Shown piece after piece: positions 12,449 through 25,169 of a stretch of 64,000 nucleotides of DNA; position 1 is the stretch's first letter; each line of letters begins with the position of its first letter. Source of the stretch: Chrysomallon squamiferum (Eukaryota > Animalia > Mollusca); NCBI GenBank assembly GCA_012295275.1, contig CM022665.1:40300001-40364000 (forward strand). The letters are read 5' to 3'. The notes under the pieces are model-generated. The model ran no database searches and was not told the origin of the DNA. It saw only the letters and a list, made by a program, of their open reading frames with translations. The position numbers and the translations under genes are program-made.

Positions 12449-12646
12449 CTCGTACGTTTCTGGATTTTTAAACTCTGCTTTTATGGCGTCCGCACCCTGG
12501 GCGTGTCTTCTGACGAGAATGGAGAGTCGGAGCTCTTCTTTCAGCAGAGGCGTGATGTTCTTCGTTTTGAGGACCTGTTCTGCTGCGTAGATTAACCGCC
12601 CCTGAGTGATGTCGTCTGCTACAGCGTCTTCGTGATTTCGCTTCAT
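12449..12646 (-). CDS. ATF3-like bZIP, first coding exon
   Basis: ATG at 12646, 7 nt after acceptor gtttcag (12655-12654); donor GAG|GTAAGC at 12448; 66 codons, phase 0. ITPLLKEELRLSI matches the ATF3 N-terminal motif LTPFVKEELRFAI. Spliced product 66+36+266 = 368 aa. Orthology to ATF3 versus a lineage-specific paralogue is not resolved. Confidence 0.9.
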
Positions 12647-12973
12647 CGTGAACCTGAAACTGCACAGCAAAACAAAATCGGTGAAGACGATGGTTAATAC
12701 GGACGCTGGTATCAGTTCTGACTGACAGAAGGGAAGCTGAGAAGGAAGGAAGGAAGGAAGGAAGGGGAAAAAAAAAGAATTTTAAAAAATGACGTCGAAG
12801 TAGATGGTGATGATGAGACATTTAAGACGACGGCGGCGATGATAATAAAAAGACGGACACGAGTAAACGAAGAAAAAATACTGTTGTTTGGGAGATTAAG
12901 ATAACAAGGACGACGTTCAAGATGATGATGATGATGATGATGACGACGATGCTGTCGATAACGTTGGTGTTGT

Positions 12974-13012
<39 letters not shown>

Positions 13013-13203
13013 GAGTAGAGAAGGACGAGAAAGAAGGTTAAGAACATGATAACGATCAAGTAAAAAAATGACCCAATTTTGGCGACGAACAGGAAGAAAG
13101 TAAGGACATCAGCAAAACTGTTAGATAACCGAGGACCTAAGTACTGCAATACATTCCTGAATCACCAAAACAGTTAACGCCCAGAAAAAATAAAAAAAAA
13201 TAA

Positions 13204-13234
<31 letters not shown>

Positions 13235-13515
13235 TTTAAAAAAAAATCAGTTAATATTTACACTGTATTATTTTGCATTTAGTCTCTCGGATTTAATACA
13301 CCATTGGCGTTTTATCACTTTGTAATCGGTTAAATGTTCACCGTGTTAATAATTATCCAATTCCAGCACACTTGACGTGATGGAAGGAATCCACAACATT
13401 TTCGTGCCCGTTCGATCGGAAACAATAGCTCATCAAATCCAGCAACGCCAGATGTCAGCTAATTGCTTAATCGATATGAAGTGACATGCATATATCATTT
13501 AACATTTCAACAACT

Positions 13516-13559
<44 letters not shown>

Positions 13560-13615
13560 ACAAAGTCCTGTTACGATTTGCTGAGCAGACGTTATTATGG
13601 ATGAAGATTTTTTTT

Positions 13616-13681
<66 letters not shown>

Positions 13682-14030
13682 GTTGTTGTTGTTGTTACTA
13701 TTATTATTATTATTGTTGTTACTATTATTATTATTTTTATTTTTATTTTTTCTTTATTTTTAACTTGCTCTTTTTTAAGTTTTATTTATTTATATATTTA
13801 TTTATTTGTTATTATTATTGTTGTTGTTGTTGTTGTTGTTATTGTTATTGCTACAATGACACCGGTTTTGTTTTCATCGTTTATTTCATTATTATGATTT
13901 CCATCCATTCTTCAGTAGCCTATTTCCCCAGTTTTATCCCAGCCATGGAAACAGCTGCGACATATTTTACATACTTCCGAGAGAAGAAAAGAAAGGCTTA
14001 GAAAACAGATGATAAACAAACACGCACACA

Positions 14031-14073
<43 letters not shown>

Positions 14074-14294
14074 ACGCACGCTGTCTAATACTGTATTACT
14101 GACTTCTAAACGGTTTAATTTCTTAATGTATATATATATATGTGTGTGTGTCTGTGTGCGTGTGTGTGTGTGATGTGCGCGCGCGCATCTGTCTGTCTGT
14201 CTATCTATGGCAATAAGCATGTTATATATTGAGCAAACAGCAACAGGCATTTGAGAACTGAAAGGTCACACAAGATCGTTGTGTATTAATTACA

Positions 14295-14410
14295 GCAATG
14301 ACTGCCGGTTGCAAAACAAACTCGCTGTATTTTATAGACACTGTCGCGCTAAATGTGGTGGTTTATCAATAGAAATGTCGAGACGGTCATTCCTTTCGTA
14401 CCACGTGTGC
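14295..14410 (-). promoter_or_regulatory. Candidate proximal TATA promoter for the bZIP gene
   Basis: TATAAAA on minus at 14336-14330, Inr-like GCAGTCATT near 14303, E-box CACGTG 14402-14407. No strong donor identified downstream. Confidence 0.3.
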
Positions 14411-14661
14411 ACAACAAACAACGCAAACCAGTCTGTAACGGCTTACTAGGTTACTAGAGCTTGACGATCTGTCTGACCCATAATCGAAATGACCTGAATT
14501 TAGCTGTCTGGCGCAAACAGGCTTCGATTCCTGTCTCTCTCTCTCTCTCTCTGTGTTATTATTGACGATTCTGGGATGTATCAGGTTTCACGTAACAACA
14601 GTAGGTAAGAGGCAAATAACCTGACTAGTATTTAAAAAAAAAAAAAAAAAAAAAAAAAATA

Positions 14662-14706
<45 letters not shown>

Positions 14707-14734
14707 ATAATAAAAAAAATAAAAAAAAAAAAAA

Positions 14735-14777
<43 letters not shown>

Positions 14778-14882
14778 ACAAATAAATTAATCAATAAGAA
14801 AAGACCCACTGAATAAAGTAAAAAAACTAAAATAGTACAATCATTTGCTGGCGGTTAAGGTAAACCTAACGTCTAAATATGA

Positions 14883-14933
<51 letters not shown>

Positions 14934-15298
14934 AACACACACGTATCTATGTGTGCATTTAATTAGGTATATATTGCACAAGTATTACGAAATAAGAAAC
15001 CATATCTTAGTGGTAAAAAAACGACTAACTGTCCCATAAGCGTGACTTTGATTAGATTATCTACAATCAAACAAATACAAGTAATATGACACGAACGTAG
15101 GATATTGTTACACTGTGGTAAAACGTTTATCCTAACTTCCGTCAGTTTTCTACGTTAATCTAGAATTAAAGACGTAAAAAAAAATGAGTGTCGTAAATTG
15201 TTGGTTAACAGCAGAAACAGTACGTCACAAAATAGAATAAATAAGTAATGATACGCGCACGCACACACATACACACACACACATAAATACAAACATAC

Positions 15299-15364
<66 letters not shown>

Positions 15365-16089
15365 CTGTAAACAATGAAGTATGAAATTCAAGGTGTATTA
15401 ACACGCGGGGTTTTTGTTAACTGTTTATTTTTAAGAAATAAATCGTTAAATTGGCTGGCAACAGTTTTTAACAAACTGAAAGCAGGTCATGTTGAAAAAA
15501 AAAAAAAAAAAAAAAAAAAAATCGTTACAAAGGTTTTAACCTTGTACAACAGCTACGATCCAATCAACAGAACAAAATAAATTTTACACACTGCATGGTA
15601 AATACTGTTAATGTATAACAGAAGCATTTATTCATCTTTATCATCTTCATCATCATTATTACTGGAAAATTCTAACTGAAATAATTAGAGTAGTAATTAA
15701 TTCCGATGCATAAACCCTAATATGAAATGTAAACCAGTCTACAGGTTTTTTTCTCTTTTAAAAAAAAAAAAAGTAATACGTGACAATATTCATATCACAT
15801 TATCATTACAATGCGCACTAGATTGCGGAGAGTTATTCAGCTCTGTTGTTAGTTTCATTCACTTCGATCTGTGCACAGTAAAAAGCCGCACAAGCATTTA
15901 ACAATACTGTGTAACAAATGATCCGTCGGGAGAAAACGAAATACTAGTACAAAATCTGCATTTTATCCCAGGTGATAAGGTACACGGCGCAGCTATCCTT
16001 ATCAGACCGAGTCAACTGGAAAAAAATAAACGTGCTATGTATCGAGGTCACATGGTTGTTGTTAACAAGATCAGTAGTATCACTTGTGA

Positions 16090-16165
16090 AGGAAGGAAGG
16101 AAGGCAGGAAGGAAGGAATGAAGAAAGGAAGGAAATGTTTTATTTCTCGACGCATTCATTACGTA
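16090..16165 (-). mobile_element. SINE 3' end relic with (CCTT)n tail
   Basis: ggaaggaaggaaatgttttatttctcgacgca resembles the reverse complement of a gastropod tRNA-SINE 3' terminus (...tgcgtcgttaaataaaacatttccttcctt). Recalled, not searched. Confidence 0.5.
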
Positions 16166-16203
16166 CACAGTTTGACGATACGCATCCACGGTATATCGTA
16201 ACC

Positions 16204-16241
<38 letters not shown>

Positions 16242-17344
16242 AAAATCACTTTTTTTTCTTTTGTCTGTTGTTCTATTTATAAAGTTATAGGTCTCGTGTT
16301 GAAATAACAGCAGTCACCATTATATCACCTTCCCCTTTTATGCCATCACAGATCCGTCCCTTATAAGTCAAAGATTTATGTTAAGTATAACGCAAAACGA
16401 TACTACTGGAAGTCTTACGCTGTAATGCATATCTATATATCTTTTCATTGTTTGTTTGTTTTGTTTTTTTGTTTTTTTGTATGTCGTTTTGGGAACTAGG
16501 TATGGGTAAAAAAAAAAAAAAAACAAGGATTCAATGAGAATGACGCCTATAAGGTTGTTAAATCAGGGACTTATCTCGAATTCAAAATAGACAGAGGGGA
16601 AAATAAAAATAAATCCAAAAGAAATCAAAACGTTGGCTGATCTAAACCAGGACACATGGTCTGGTTTGGTTTAAAGCAAGGACGTTGACTTTATATTTGC
16701 ATTTTAAACTGACATAACCTTTTGCTAACGGGCATAACGTAATCCCTTACAATTTCATTTTCTTTTTTTTTTTTTTTTTTTTTCCGTTACTTGTTTATGC
16801 GTCATGATCGTGTAATAATTAAAAAAAAAAAAAAAAAAAAGAAGAAGAAAAAAAAAAGCGGAATAATAATAATAATAACAATAAAATTAATAAATACTGT
16901 TGCATAAACAACCGTTATAAATTTACAGATGTTCGCGATCTTTTTTTTTTGTAACTAATCAGAGATTATCGATGTCTCATGAAAAGTGTCAGCAACCTTT
17001 GTTCAAATACTGACGTCCGTAAATCATTCTACTGTTATGTTAATAGACTGATGTCGCTGATTTGTTCGATAATTGATCAGATTATTGGTCTCTCTCACTC
17101 AAATGACTACCAACCCATTCTTCAATTACCGACTCCCGTGCTGTGATTAAAATTCGCCTATGGTCCCGACAGTCATTAAATTTACAGATATATTTCCTGA
17201 TATTCCGCGTATGTGTGTCATTAAATTCCTAACAAGCGTCCTGTTGTAAGTTTTCTTTAAGTGTTCCGTGATAAATACAACAGCTTTAGCCCTCCCTGCT
17301 TCACATTAACGTCAAGTACAACAGTAAAATATTGAAACGCTTAC

Positions 17345-17612
17345 CGTCTCGTTCTCCTTCTTGCTTGTGTCGCGTGCTCCTCAAATACGGAAGGGAAAAA
17401 AAAAACACCAAACGAACTCCCAACGTGATTGATTTACTGTGACAAATGCTGTCTCGCTTGTTCGGCTTAACGACTGCTTTTTGTAGCTCACGCGGCGTAA
17501 AGTATACCAGCACGTCAAGAACAGCGGTTGATGAGTGCCAATCAAAACACGCGTCTTCGGCGACCAATCACGGTCCCAGTAACATTTGATGAGTTCGAGT
17601 CCACGCCCCCCC
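17345..17612 (-). promoter_or_regulatory. Candidate distal promoter and non-coding first exon of the bZIP gene
   Basis: GC/KLF box CCACGCCCCC 17601-17610; CCAAT 17564-17568 and 17538-17542; TGACGTG (minus) 17517-17511; weak TATA at 17506 with Inr-like GCAGTC 31 nt downstream (17475); good donor CG|GTAAGC at 17344; locally CpG-rich. Confidence 0.5.
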
Positions 17613-18286
17613 ATGTTTCGCCTGCGTCTCCCAGTCAAAGTGGCGGATATCCGACAGTTATCGTGGATTAGAATATTGACAAGTGGGCCAGGGTGAATAT
17701 TATTATTTGATTTCAAGCGTATTTAAACACACACAGGTACTGTTAACAAAACGAGCGACGGCTAAGAAAATAAAGCAAACGCCAGATGGGTGTGATTAAC
17801 TTAGGCACTTGTTATCGGATGAGTTGACGAACAGCAATGGGAAAAATGGTTCACATGATTCCATTATTAATACACAATAAACTAATTCTGTGCTTGGAGT
17901 GAAAGTCGATAACGTTTTAACCGCAGGGGGTGGCTGTAATTCTCATGTGTTGATGTAATGCGTACGGATTAAATTAGATAGTTTTCATACTTTACTCACG
18001 TGCCATTAATTTTTTATCTTTTATTTATTTATTTATTTATTTATTTATTATTATTATTATCGCTAAATAAATATTATTCTTTACAAATTAACAGATTATT
18101 TCATGGTGCATAGGAGCTGCTTAACAAACCCGCACACACGAGTGCGCGCGCGCGCACACACACACACACGCACCTACACACTTACTGTTTTATAGGGTCT
18201 TAGTAAACACATACATACTACTGTTTCAAATGAATGGTTTAGTATTAAACTGATATTAATTTTTACAGCGTGGCTTGATGCTGAGC

Positions 18287-18928
18287 GTGGTATGGTGTTA
18301 TGTGGTATGGTGTTATGTGGTATGATGTTATGTGGTATGGTGTTATGTGGTATGATGTTATGTGGTATGGTGTTATGTGGTATGGTGTTATGTGGTATCG
18401 TGTTATGTGGTATGGTGTTATGTGGTATCGTGTTATGTGGTATGGTGTTATGTGGTATGGTTTTATGTGGTATGGTGTTATGTGGTATGGTGTTATGTGG
18501 TATGGTGTTATGTGGTATGGTGTTATGTGGTATGGTGTTATGTGGTATAGTGTTATGTGGTATGGTGTTATGTGGTATGGTGTTATGTGGTATGGTGTTA
18601 TGTGGTATGGTGTTATGTGGTATAGTGTTATGTGGTATGGTTTTATGTGGTATGGTGTTATGTGGTATGGTGTTATGTGGTATCGTGTTATGTGGTATGG
18701 TTTTATGTGGTATGGTGTTATGTGGTATAGTGTTATGTGGTATGGTGTTATGTGGTATCGTGTTATGTGGTATGGTGTTATGTGGTATAGTGTTATGTGG
18801 TATGGTGTTATGTGGTATGGTGTTATGTGGTATGGTGTTATGTGGTATGGTGTTATGTGGTATGGTGTTATGTGGTATAGTGTTATGTGGTATGGTGTTA
18901 TCTGGTATAGTGTTATGTGGTATAGTGT
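18287..18928. repeat. 15-bp minisatellite (TGTGGTATGGTGTTA)n, about 42 copies
   Basis: Direct inspection; three related pentamers per unit, with variants TATCG/TATAG/TTTTA. Confidence 0.97.
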
Positions 18929-19019
18929 TGCGTCGTTTGATATGGCGAGGTGTTGTTTTGTGCAGTGCAGCGTTCCATTTTGTTGCACAACGCCATTATT
19001 TTTATGGTTCGTTTCAGGG

Positions 19020-19361
19020 CATTAATAACTGTCATTGGTGTCAGACATACCATTTTTACACAGCGACGACTGAAAGAGGTGAAACCCGATGCCATCACCG
19101 AACTGGCCACGTGAATTCAAAAAAATCGCTACTAATCTTACACACGTATCTGCCAACAGACATCAATTAAATAATATTTGTTTAATCGATATTATATTAC
19201 GTTTTAACACTGACTGTTATTAGATGCCAGACACATACCTGTCACATAATGATCAGATGATAGATGAAACCCGATGTCGTTATTCCATGGGCTACTCATT
19301 AATAACAAGATGATTTACATATCTTCCAACAATTGTGAGTTAATTGACTGTAGTTCAGTAA

Positions 19362-19424
<63 letters not shown>

Positions 19425-19770
19425 ATTAATTAATTAATTAATTAATTTATTAATAGTAGTAGTAATAATAATAATAATAATAATAACGGTTGAAAGTTGT
19501 AAGAAACTATATTTTTAAACAAAAAACTAATCCAAAGCCACAGTTTTATCGACAGACAACAAAGTATCTTAACTTTACAAAGGAGATGGATTAATTAATG
19601 TTTGTTATCGGTACTGCAGTAATCTTAAATACTGAAGTATACCAGTTGTTAGATATTATATTCTTAAACAATGATCATATGTGAAAAAGAGAATAATCCC
19701 ATGCCGAAAAACCATGTGGTAGATTACAAGTAAAATATATTTTACATTCATTTTCCCAGATAGAGGAGCG
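19020..19770 (-). mobile_element. Cluster of degenerate SINE fragments
   Basis: Internal similarity of 19035-19092 (ggtgtcagacatacc...gaaacccgatg) to 19220-19300 (gatgccagacacatacc...gaaacccgatgtcg...catgggctactc); a third weak copy at 19590-19770. Resembles a recalled mollusc SINE body. Confidence 0.5.
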
Positions 19771-20104
19771 ATTGTGTGAAATATTGTTAGTTTAAGGACT
19801 CTGGCGTGTTGAACACTCAGTGTTAGACATTCTGAACTACGATGGTTTGAGAGAGAGGAGACTATGGGCTGAAAAAGTAACAGGTCTTTTCATGCCAGTG
19901 TGAGAAATGATTAGAATGAATGTTAACTTTTGCAGTCATTTCCTTTAACGATTGTTGATTATTTATCTACATCTATAATCTTTCTATCTGTTTATATCTA
20001 TCTGTTTATATCTGTCTGTCTATTTGTCTGTCTGTCTTGTCTGTCTGTCTGTGTGTCTGTCTGGACGAATGGACGGACGGACAAAGAACCAAACACACAG
20101 ATAT

Positions 20105-20169
20105 ATATGTACGGATGCAGATATATTTATAGTGAGTGAGAGATACAGAGAAGGAGAAAAAGAAAAAGA

Positions 20170-20257
<88 letters not shown>

Positions 20258-20330
20258 GAGTGACACAGAGGAAGAGCATGTGAAAAAGAGAGTGTGACAG
20301 AGTGTGTGTGTGAAAGAGAGCGACATAGAT
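20105..20330 (+). repeat. Degenerate duplicated segment, copy A (copy B 29268-29465)
   Basis: atatatt(t/g)ata(g/a)tgag..agagatacagagaaggagaaaaagaa, then (GA)n, then gacagagtgtgtgtg..agagagcga(c/a)atagat, present at both loci. Confidence 0.7.
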
Positions 20331-20347
20331 GGATGGATGGATGGATG

Positions 20348-20381
<34 letters not shown>

Positions 20382-21334
20382 CAGACAGAGATAGATTGAT
20401 AGATGGATGGATGGATAAATAGATAGATAAATAGATAGATAGATAGATGGATGGATGGATGGATGGATGGATGGATGGATGGATGGATGGATGGATAAAT
20501 AGATAGATAGATACACTGTATAACTGATGACTATAAAAAAAAAAAAAAACACTGATACTGTCTCTCCGCGATCTACAGCTATCAAACTGCAAAGCGAACA
20601 ATCAGGGAAAAGTACATACTCTTCTATTAGATAAATTTGTCATGGGGCTATGACTTTAATGGGGAAATAAATCCAATGGACGCGCCGAGTGGAACTGTTG
20701 TGTGACCGAGTACGTCAGAGGCAAACGACAGATGATTTGAAATGACTTGGCTAAGCCATCTAAACGAAAACAGCAATCCAGGAATATTCCAGAGGCGATT
20801 CTTGGCTGAAGCTATCGGAAAAAAAAACAAAAAAAAAACAAACAAAACAAAGACGCCAAACTTCTATTCCCAATTATATATTGTCTCCGGAGTATTGTAG
20901 TTGTAGTCGACTCTTTGAAATAAAACGATAAACACAAATAATGCTCTGGAGATAATGTTTAATCTGAAAGTGTCAGTAATTATGGTAAACATTTCAAATG
21001 CCAGAAAGAAAAAAATAATGTAGAATCATTTAAAAAAAAAAAAAAAAAAAAAAAAATTATAAAATAAACACGATCTTTGAAATAAAAAATTTTGAGTAAC
21101 ATCATACACCGTCTTCTTGATATTTTATTTCATATTTCGAGTAACATTATATACTGCTTCTGACATTTAACTTGAAACTCTATCGCGGTTATTATAACAA
21201 TTTTTCTTCTATACATAATGCATGATTTCTTCTTAACCCCCCCCCGACTAGTCATGCGTGTCGCATGCTCGCCGTATGTTTTCGTGACAGATAATTCGAT
21301 ATTTACTTACATTGCACAAGACCAAGTTAATTAT

Positions 21335-21366
<32 letters not shown>

Positions 21367-22649
21367 CTTTCCTCAGAATGCAAACTTAATCGCGCTTCGT
21401 TAAGTACTAAAATCAATCTTTCATTCTGATCCATTGTAACCACTTAATCTCCCTGTAATTACACGTCAGAATCTGTGACCGAGGGGTCGTGAGTTCTCGA
21501 CTCTCTTTCGAAATAAAGGGAAATTTGATTCAGTTCAGACGAAACAGTCTGGTTTATTCATCTGTGACGGCGAAGGCGACTGAAGCGAGTGTGCTGGTAA
21601 CATTTGTAATGATTATTAGCATGGAGACATGATAAGGTCTAATACGTATATTTTTACATATTTGCCTATATTAAACAAAATGTTATGTGACACTTTGCGA
21701 TAAAAAAAAAATAAATAAATAAATAAATTAATAATAATAATAAAAATTAAAAAAAAAAAAAAAAAAAAAAAATATGATACCTAACGCTAACAAAGTAAGT
21801 GATGACTATTAAAGTTGCTTTTGTTATATACCAATAATGCATTTATAAATACACTCTTTATATACATACACATACATATAGGGCCTACATTATAAACCTG
21901 ATATACTGCATTTCTATAGATTTCGTGCGTTACGTGTTTTTTCTTCTCGTTTGAGTGACCAAAGTTTGTTAAAAGTAATATATACTTCTGAATTTAAAAA
22001 AAATATATATATATAATTTTTTTTTTTTTTTTTCTTAAATGTCTTGGCAGGTGAGGAAACTTGGGTTTTGATTTATTGCATCTTATCATGTAGCTATTTA
22101 TTGTAATTCATTTCCAGATGCGCTGATCATTTTACAGGTGTGGGGTTAAGGGTCATGCTTTCTATCTTGGGGGGGAAAAGGAAAAAAAAAAAAACCCACC
22201 AAAAAAACCCCCGTAATGACACAACGAGCGAAGAGACAGGGTGGTGGTGGTGGGGGGAGGCATTCTGGAAAGCCGCCAAGATTCACGTGCTTATTTGTCC
22301 TGATACGGATCTCTTAGTGGCGGGTTTTATCAAGGTGGGGAGTATCTCACTAACAAGTTCGGGGTTCTTTTTTCACCACACTGATTGTATGACATCTCCA
22401 GTCTGTTTACCCACACTTCGCTCGGGTGTGTGTTTTGTAAATCGAATACTTCTTTCACACACAAACACAAAAAACGAGATTTATTACGTTTTATTGTTAA
22501 GCTTTATGTCACAGAGACTGTTAAAAGTCGCTAAACATTACATATTTGGCTTAATGAAATATTAAGCGTGTATAATCTCTCGGAAAGATTAGTATTAATC
22601 TGTAAGGCTAAACATGTCAGCAGTGAATAGCGAATCTGTCCTGAACTGA

Positions 22650-22925
22650 GACGGGGCTGGCGGTCGTCGGTTCAGTGACTACATAGCTGCTTGGGACCTC
22701 GTCGATCGCAAGATCAATCCTGCTCGGAGGCAGTTTAAACGTTAACTGTGTAACTCGGTAAGTGTGATGTGTGACAAAAGAGATCCTTTGTGGTTAATCT
22801 AACCGATCAGTACAAAGGATTAGCGCAAAGGGATCGGTTACCTGCACACTCCAACCGAGAGGAAAGCTGAGTACCGATCCCGCGACCCTTAAATAATCTC
22901 GATGAGTCAAAGACTTAGCTAAGAA
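22650..22925 (+). mobile_element. Degenerate tRNA-derived SINE-like element
   Basis: GC-richer island with a decayed A/B-box-like head (ggttcagtg...gatcaatcc) and an aaaagagatcctttgtggttaatc block resembling a recalled mollusc SINE core. Confidence 0.35.
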
Positions 22926-23494
22926 CTGATACTTATAAAACAAGACTGATCTCTGAAGCTTGAGGTCAGCATTCCGCCGTCTGGCTAAGTCCGGATTTTA
23001 CAGAGTGAATTTCGATGCATTTCGCGTGGCTTTCCTCTCATTTTGCACATCGCATGTTACAGCCTCTCATTTGTGTAATAAAGCACTTCTAATTGAGTTA
23101 ACAAATCTTGCGCACACCAGCGCCGCTGCTCGGCTAAGCGATTCACGAACGTGCAAAATGATGTCACATTAACGGCAATTTGGTTAACGTGTTTTTACAG
23201 GACTTTTCAGAGCAGGGATTCGAATAATAAAAGACAGGCGATCGCTTTTCTGCACTTTGTATTTAAATCGCCGCGATTTTTCGCCATTAACGCGAGCAAC
23301 TCACACGTTCGCTCATCTCGTTTAAAAACCATTTGCGAGTTTTCACTGCTATAAATAATTTAATTACTTTGCCTGGGTCAGCAACCAACACCAGCGTATT
23401 ATTATTACCCTAAATGTAACACAAGAGGTTATCACTTGTCGTTTTTAATTATCAGGTGTATATCTCTCTCGTATTCTACGTGCTAAAAATTATG

Positions 23495-23531
<37 letters not shown>

Positions 23532-24101
23532 CTTTGCTCTCTTGCCTAAGTAAGTTTCTACTTCGTCCGGATATGAAGTTTACCTAACAAGATTACGGCA
23601 CACTTCTGCGATTACCGTTGAACAATAAAGAAACAAACCAAGCAGACGATGATCGATTGACACATGGCACGATACTGTTGTTTGTAGGCTGAAGCAGACG
23701 TTACCGTCGTGGCGCGAAATGTACATGTAGTTTGGCGCTGGTCGGTAAGATAACACGTGATATCATCTTTGCGACAACTTTGACATTAAAACAAATACGT
23801 CAGCTCGGCTTTCTTTTTTCCTTTTTGTTTCTGTCTCAGTTTGCGAGTGTGAACAGTAACCTTGCACGAAGTTCTGTTTTATATTAGCGCTGTCTGTGTT
23901 CTTCGCTTATCTGACTGTGTTACGTCACAACATAAATTACGGATTTTTTTTTCTTTCAGGATTCTTCTCTCTTTCTCTGTCGCTCTTTACCCCCCCTCTC
24001 TCTCTCTCATTTGGATTCACACATCAAACAACATCTTTCATGCAATATTTTCCTTTATTTAACAATAACAACACCAACAACAAAAGTGATGCAACCATGT
24101 A

Positions 24102-24133
<32 letters not shown>

Positions 24134-24489
24134 TTTTTTTTTTTTTGTACAGTTTATAAAATTGGTGTCATAAGTTCCCGAGTCATCAAAAGTTCATGAC
24201 TTACAATACAACGTTAGTGTGACATTTGGATGGGACAATCAAAGCATTTCGAAAATAAACAAACAGCTGCACCTGGCTACCAAAGGCTAAAATTTCAAGG
24301 TCTACGTTCACAAAAGTTGGCCCTCCTCCTAACTCTTTATTTCAGCATAAAGTATAACGAACATTTACATATCAGTTCCTTTAAAAATCAAAATCAAAAT
24401 GTTTTAAATAGTATAACAGTGCAAAAGTTTAATATATATGTATAACTCAACGTATTGACTACGTGTAAATGTAAGTCGGCAAAATGATT

Positions 24490-24600
24490 ACTTATCCTGG
24501 CGTGTTCTCTGGTAGGTAGAAGAATCCAAAATAATGCCCTTTCATCGGAGTTATATGTGTCCTGTGGTTCCTATCTCTGGAGAATGTCTATTAGAATCAC
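24490..24600 (-). pseudogene. Out-of-frame relic of the pogo/Tigger DDE_1 domain start
   Basis: The +1 frame relative to the ORF reads VILIDILQR*EPQDTYNSDERALFWILLPTREHA (TAG at 24573-24571), matching the pogo motif ..L..Y.P.DIYNADETGLFW..LP..T; similarity stops after that. Confidence 0.8.
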
Positions 24601-25042
24601 TCCCTTTAAGCACTTTTGTGATGCTCCACCTTTTCTGAAAACGATCAATCCAGCTACGATCAAGTCTTTCACGATCCGTGTGACCAAGTATCTCAGCGAA
24701 GGCTCGTGCTTTGTAAAGTAGCATTTCATCATCGATACAACTTTCAGGTCCAGGAGCTATTTGTCGAAACCAGTTAATCAGCTCGGAGTCGACGTCTTCA
24801 AACGTCACGTGCTTGATGCGTTTCATATTGGCTTTTCTTGAATCGGGATGCTCATCCTTCTTGATGAACTCGATCACTTTAGATTTATTTTTTAAAATGT
24901 CGTTTAATGTTGTGCGGGGAATTTTTAATTTCTTCGCCGTCAGACTCTTTTTCTCGCCAGGATTGGCTTCACAGTATTTAATTATTTCATACTTCTCACT
25001 GTACGTCTTGGTCATTAGGCGTCTTTTACCGCAAGTCGACAT
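24551..25042 (-). CDS. pogo/Tigger-derived (TIGD/CENP-B-like) protein with psq-type HTH and HTH_Tnp_Tc5 only, 163 aa
   Basis: ATG at 25042 in ACAAAATG context; KYEII..KKSLTAKKLKIPRTTLNDILKNK (CENP-B N-terminal HTH) and FEDVDSELINWF..IDDEMLLYKARAFA..SWIDRFQKRW (Tc5 HTH); uninterrupted, single exon. Whether it is functional is unknown. Confidence 0.85.
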   Translation of the reverse strand: MSTCGKRRLMTKTYSEKYEIIKYCEANPGEKKSLTAKKLKIPRTTLNDILKNKSKVIEFIKKDEHPDSRKANMKRIKHVTFEDVDSELINWFRQIAPGPESCIDDEMLLYKARAFAEILGHTDRERLDRSWIDRFQKRWSITKVLKGSDSNRHSPEIGTTGHI

Positions 25043-25169
25043 TTTGTACAGTAAAAAAGTAACTGTTGTCCACGTGCCCTTTCCAAAATAATAAGTTTGT
25101 TCAATATACCCAGGTAATGTGATTATCAATATCCCATCGGACAGCGAGTCTACATCGAAGCCAAAATCT

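Noticed and set aside
18263-19170. 241-292-aa repetitive ORFs (HITPY, MVLCG, MWYGV repeats) resembling a structural or biomineral protein
   Set aside because: They are open on both strands and in several frames simply because the 15-bp unit lacks stops in those frames; there is no signal peptide or unique flanking coding sequence.
24131-24165. T-run downstream of the TIGD-like ORF as a retrogene poly-A tail
   Set aside because: A/T homopolymers occur throughout the window, there is no TSD, and pogo-derived ORFs are commonly intronless anyway.
24813-25091. 92-aa plus-strand ORF
   Set aside because: Antisense shadow of the TIGD-like ORF.
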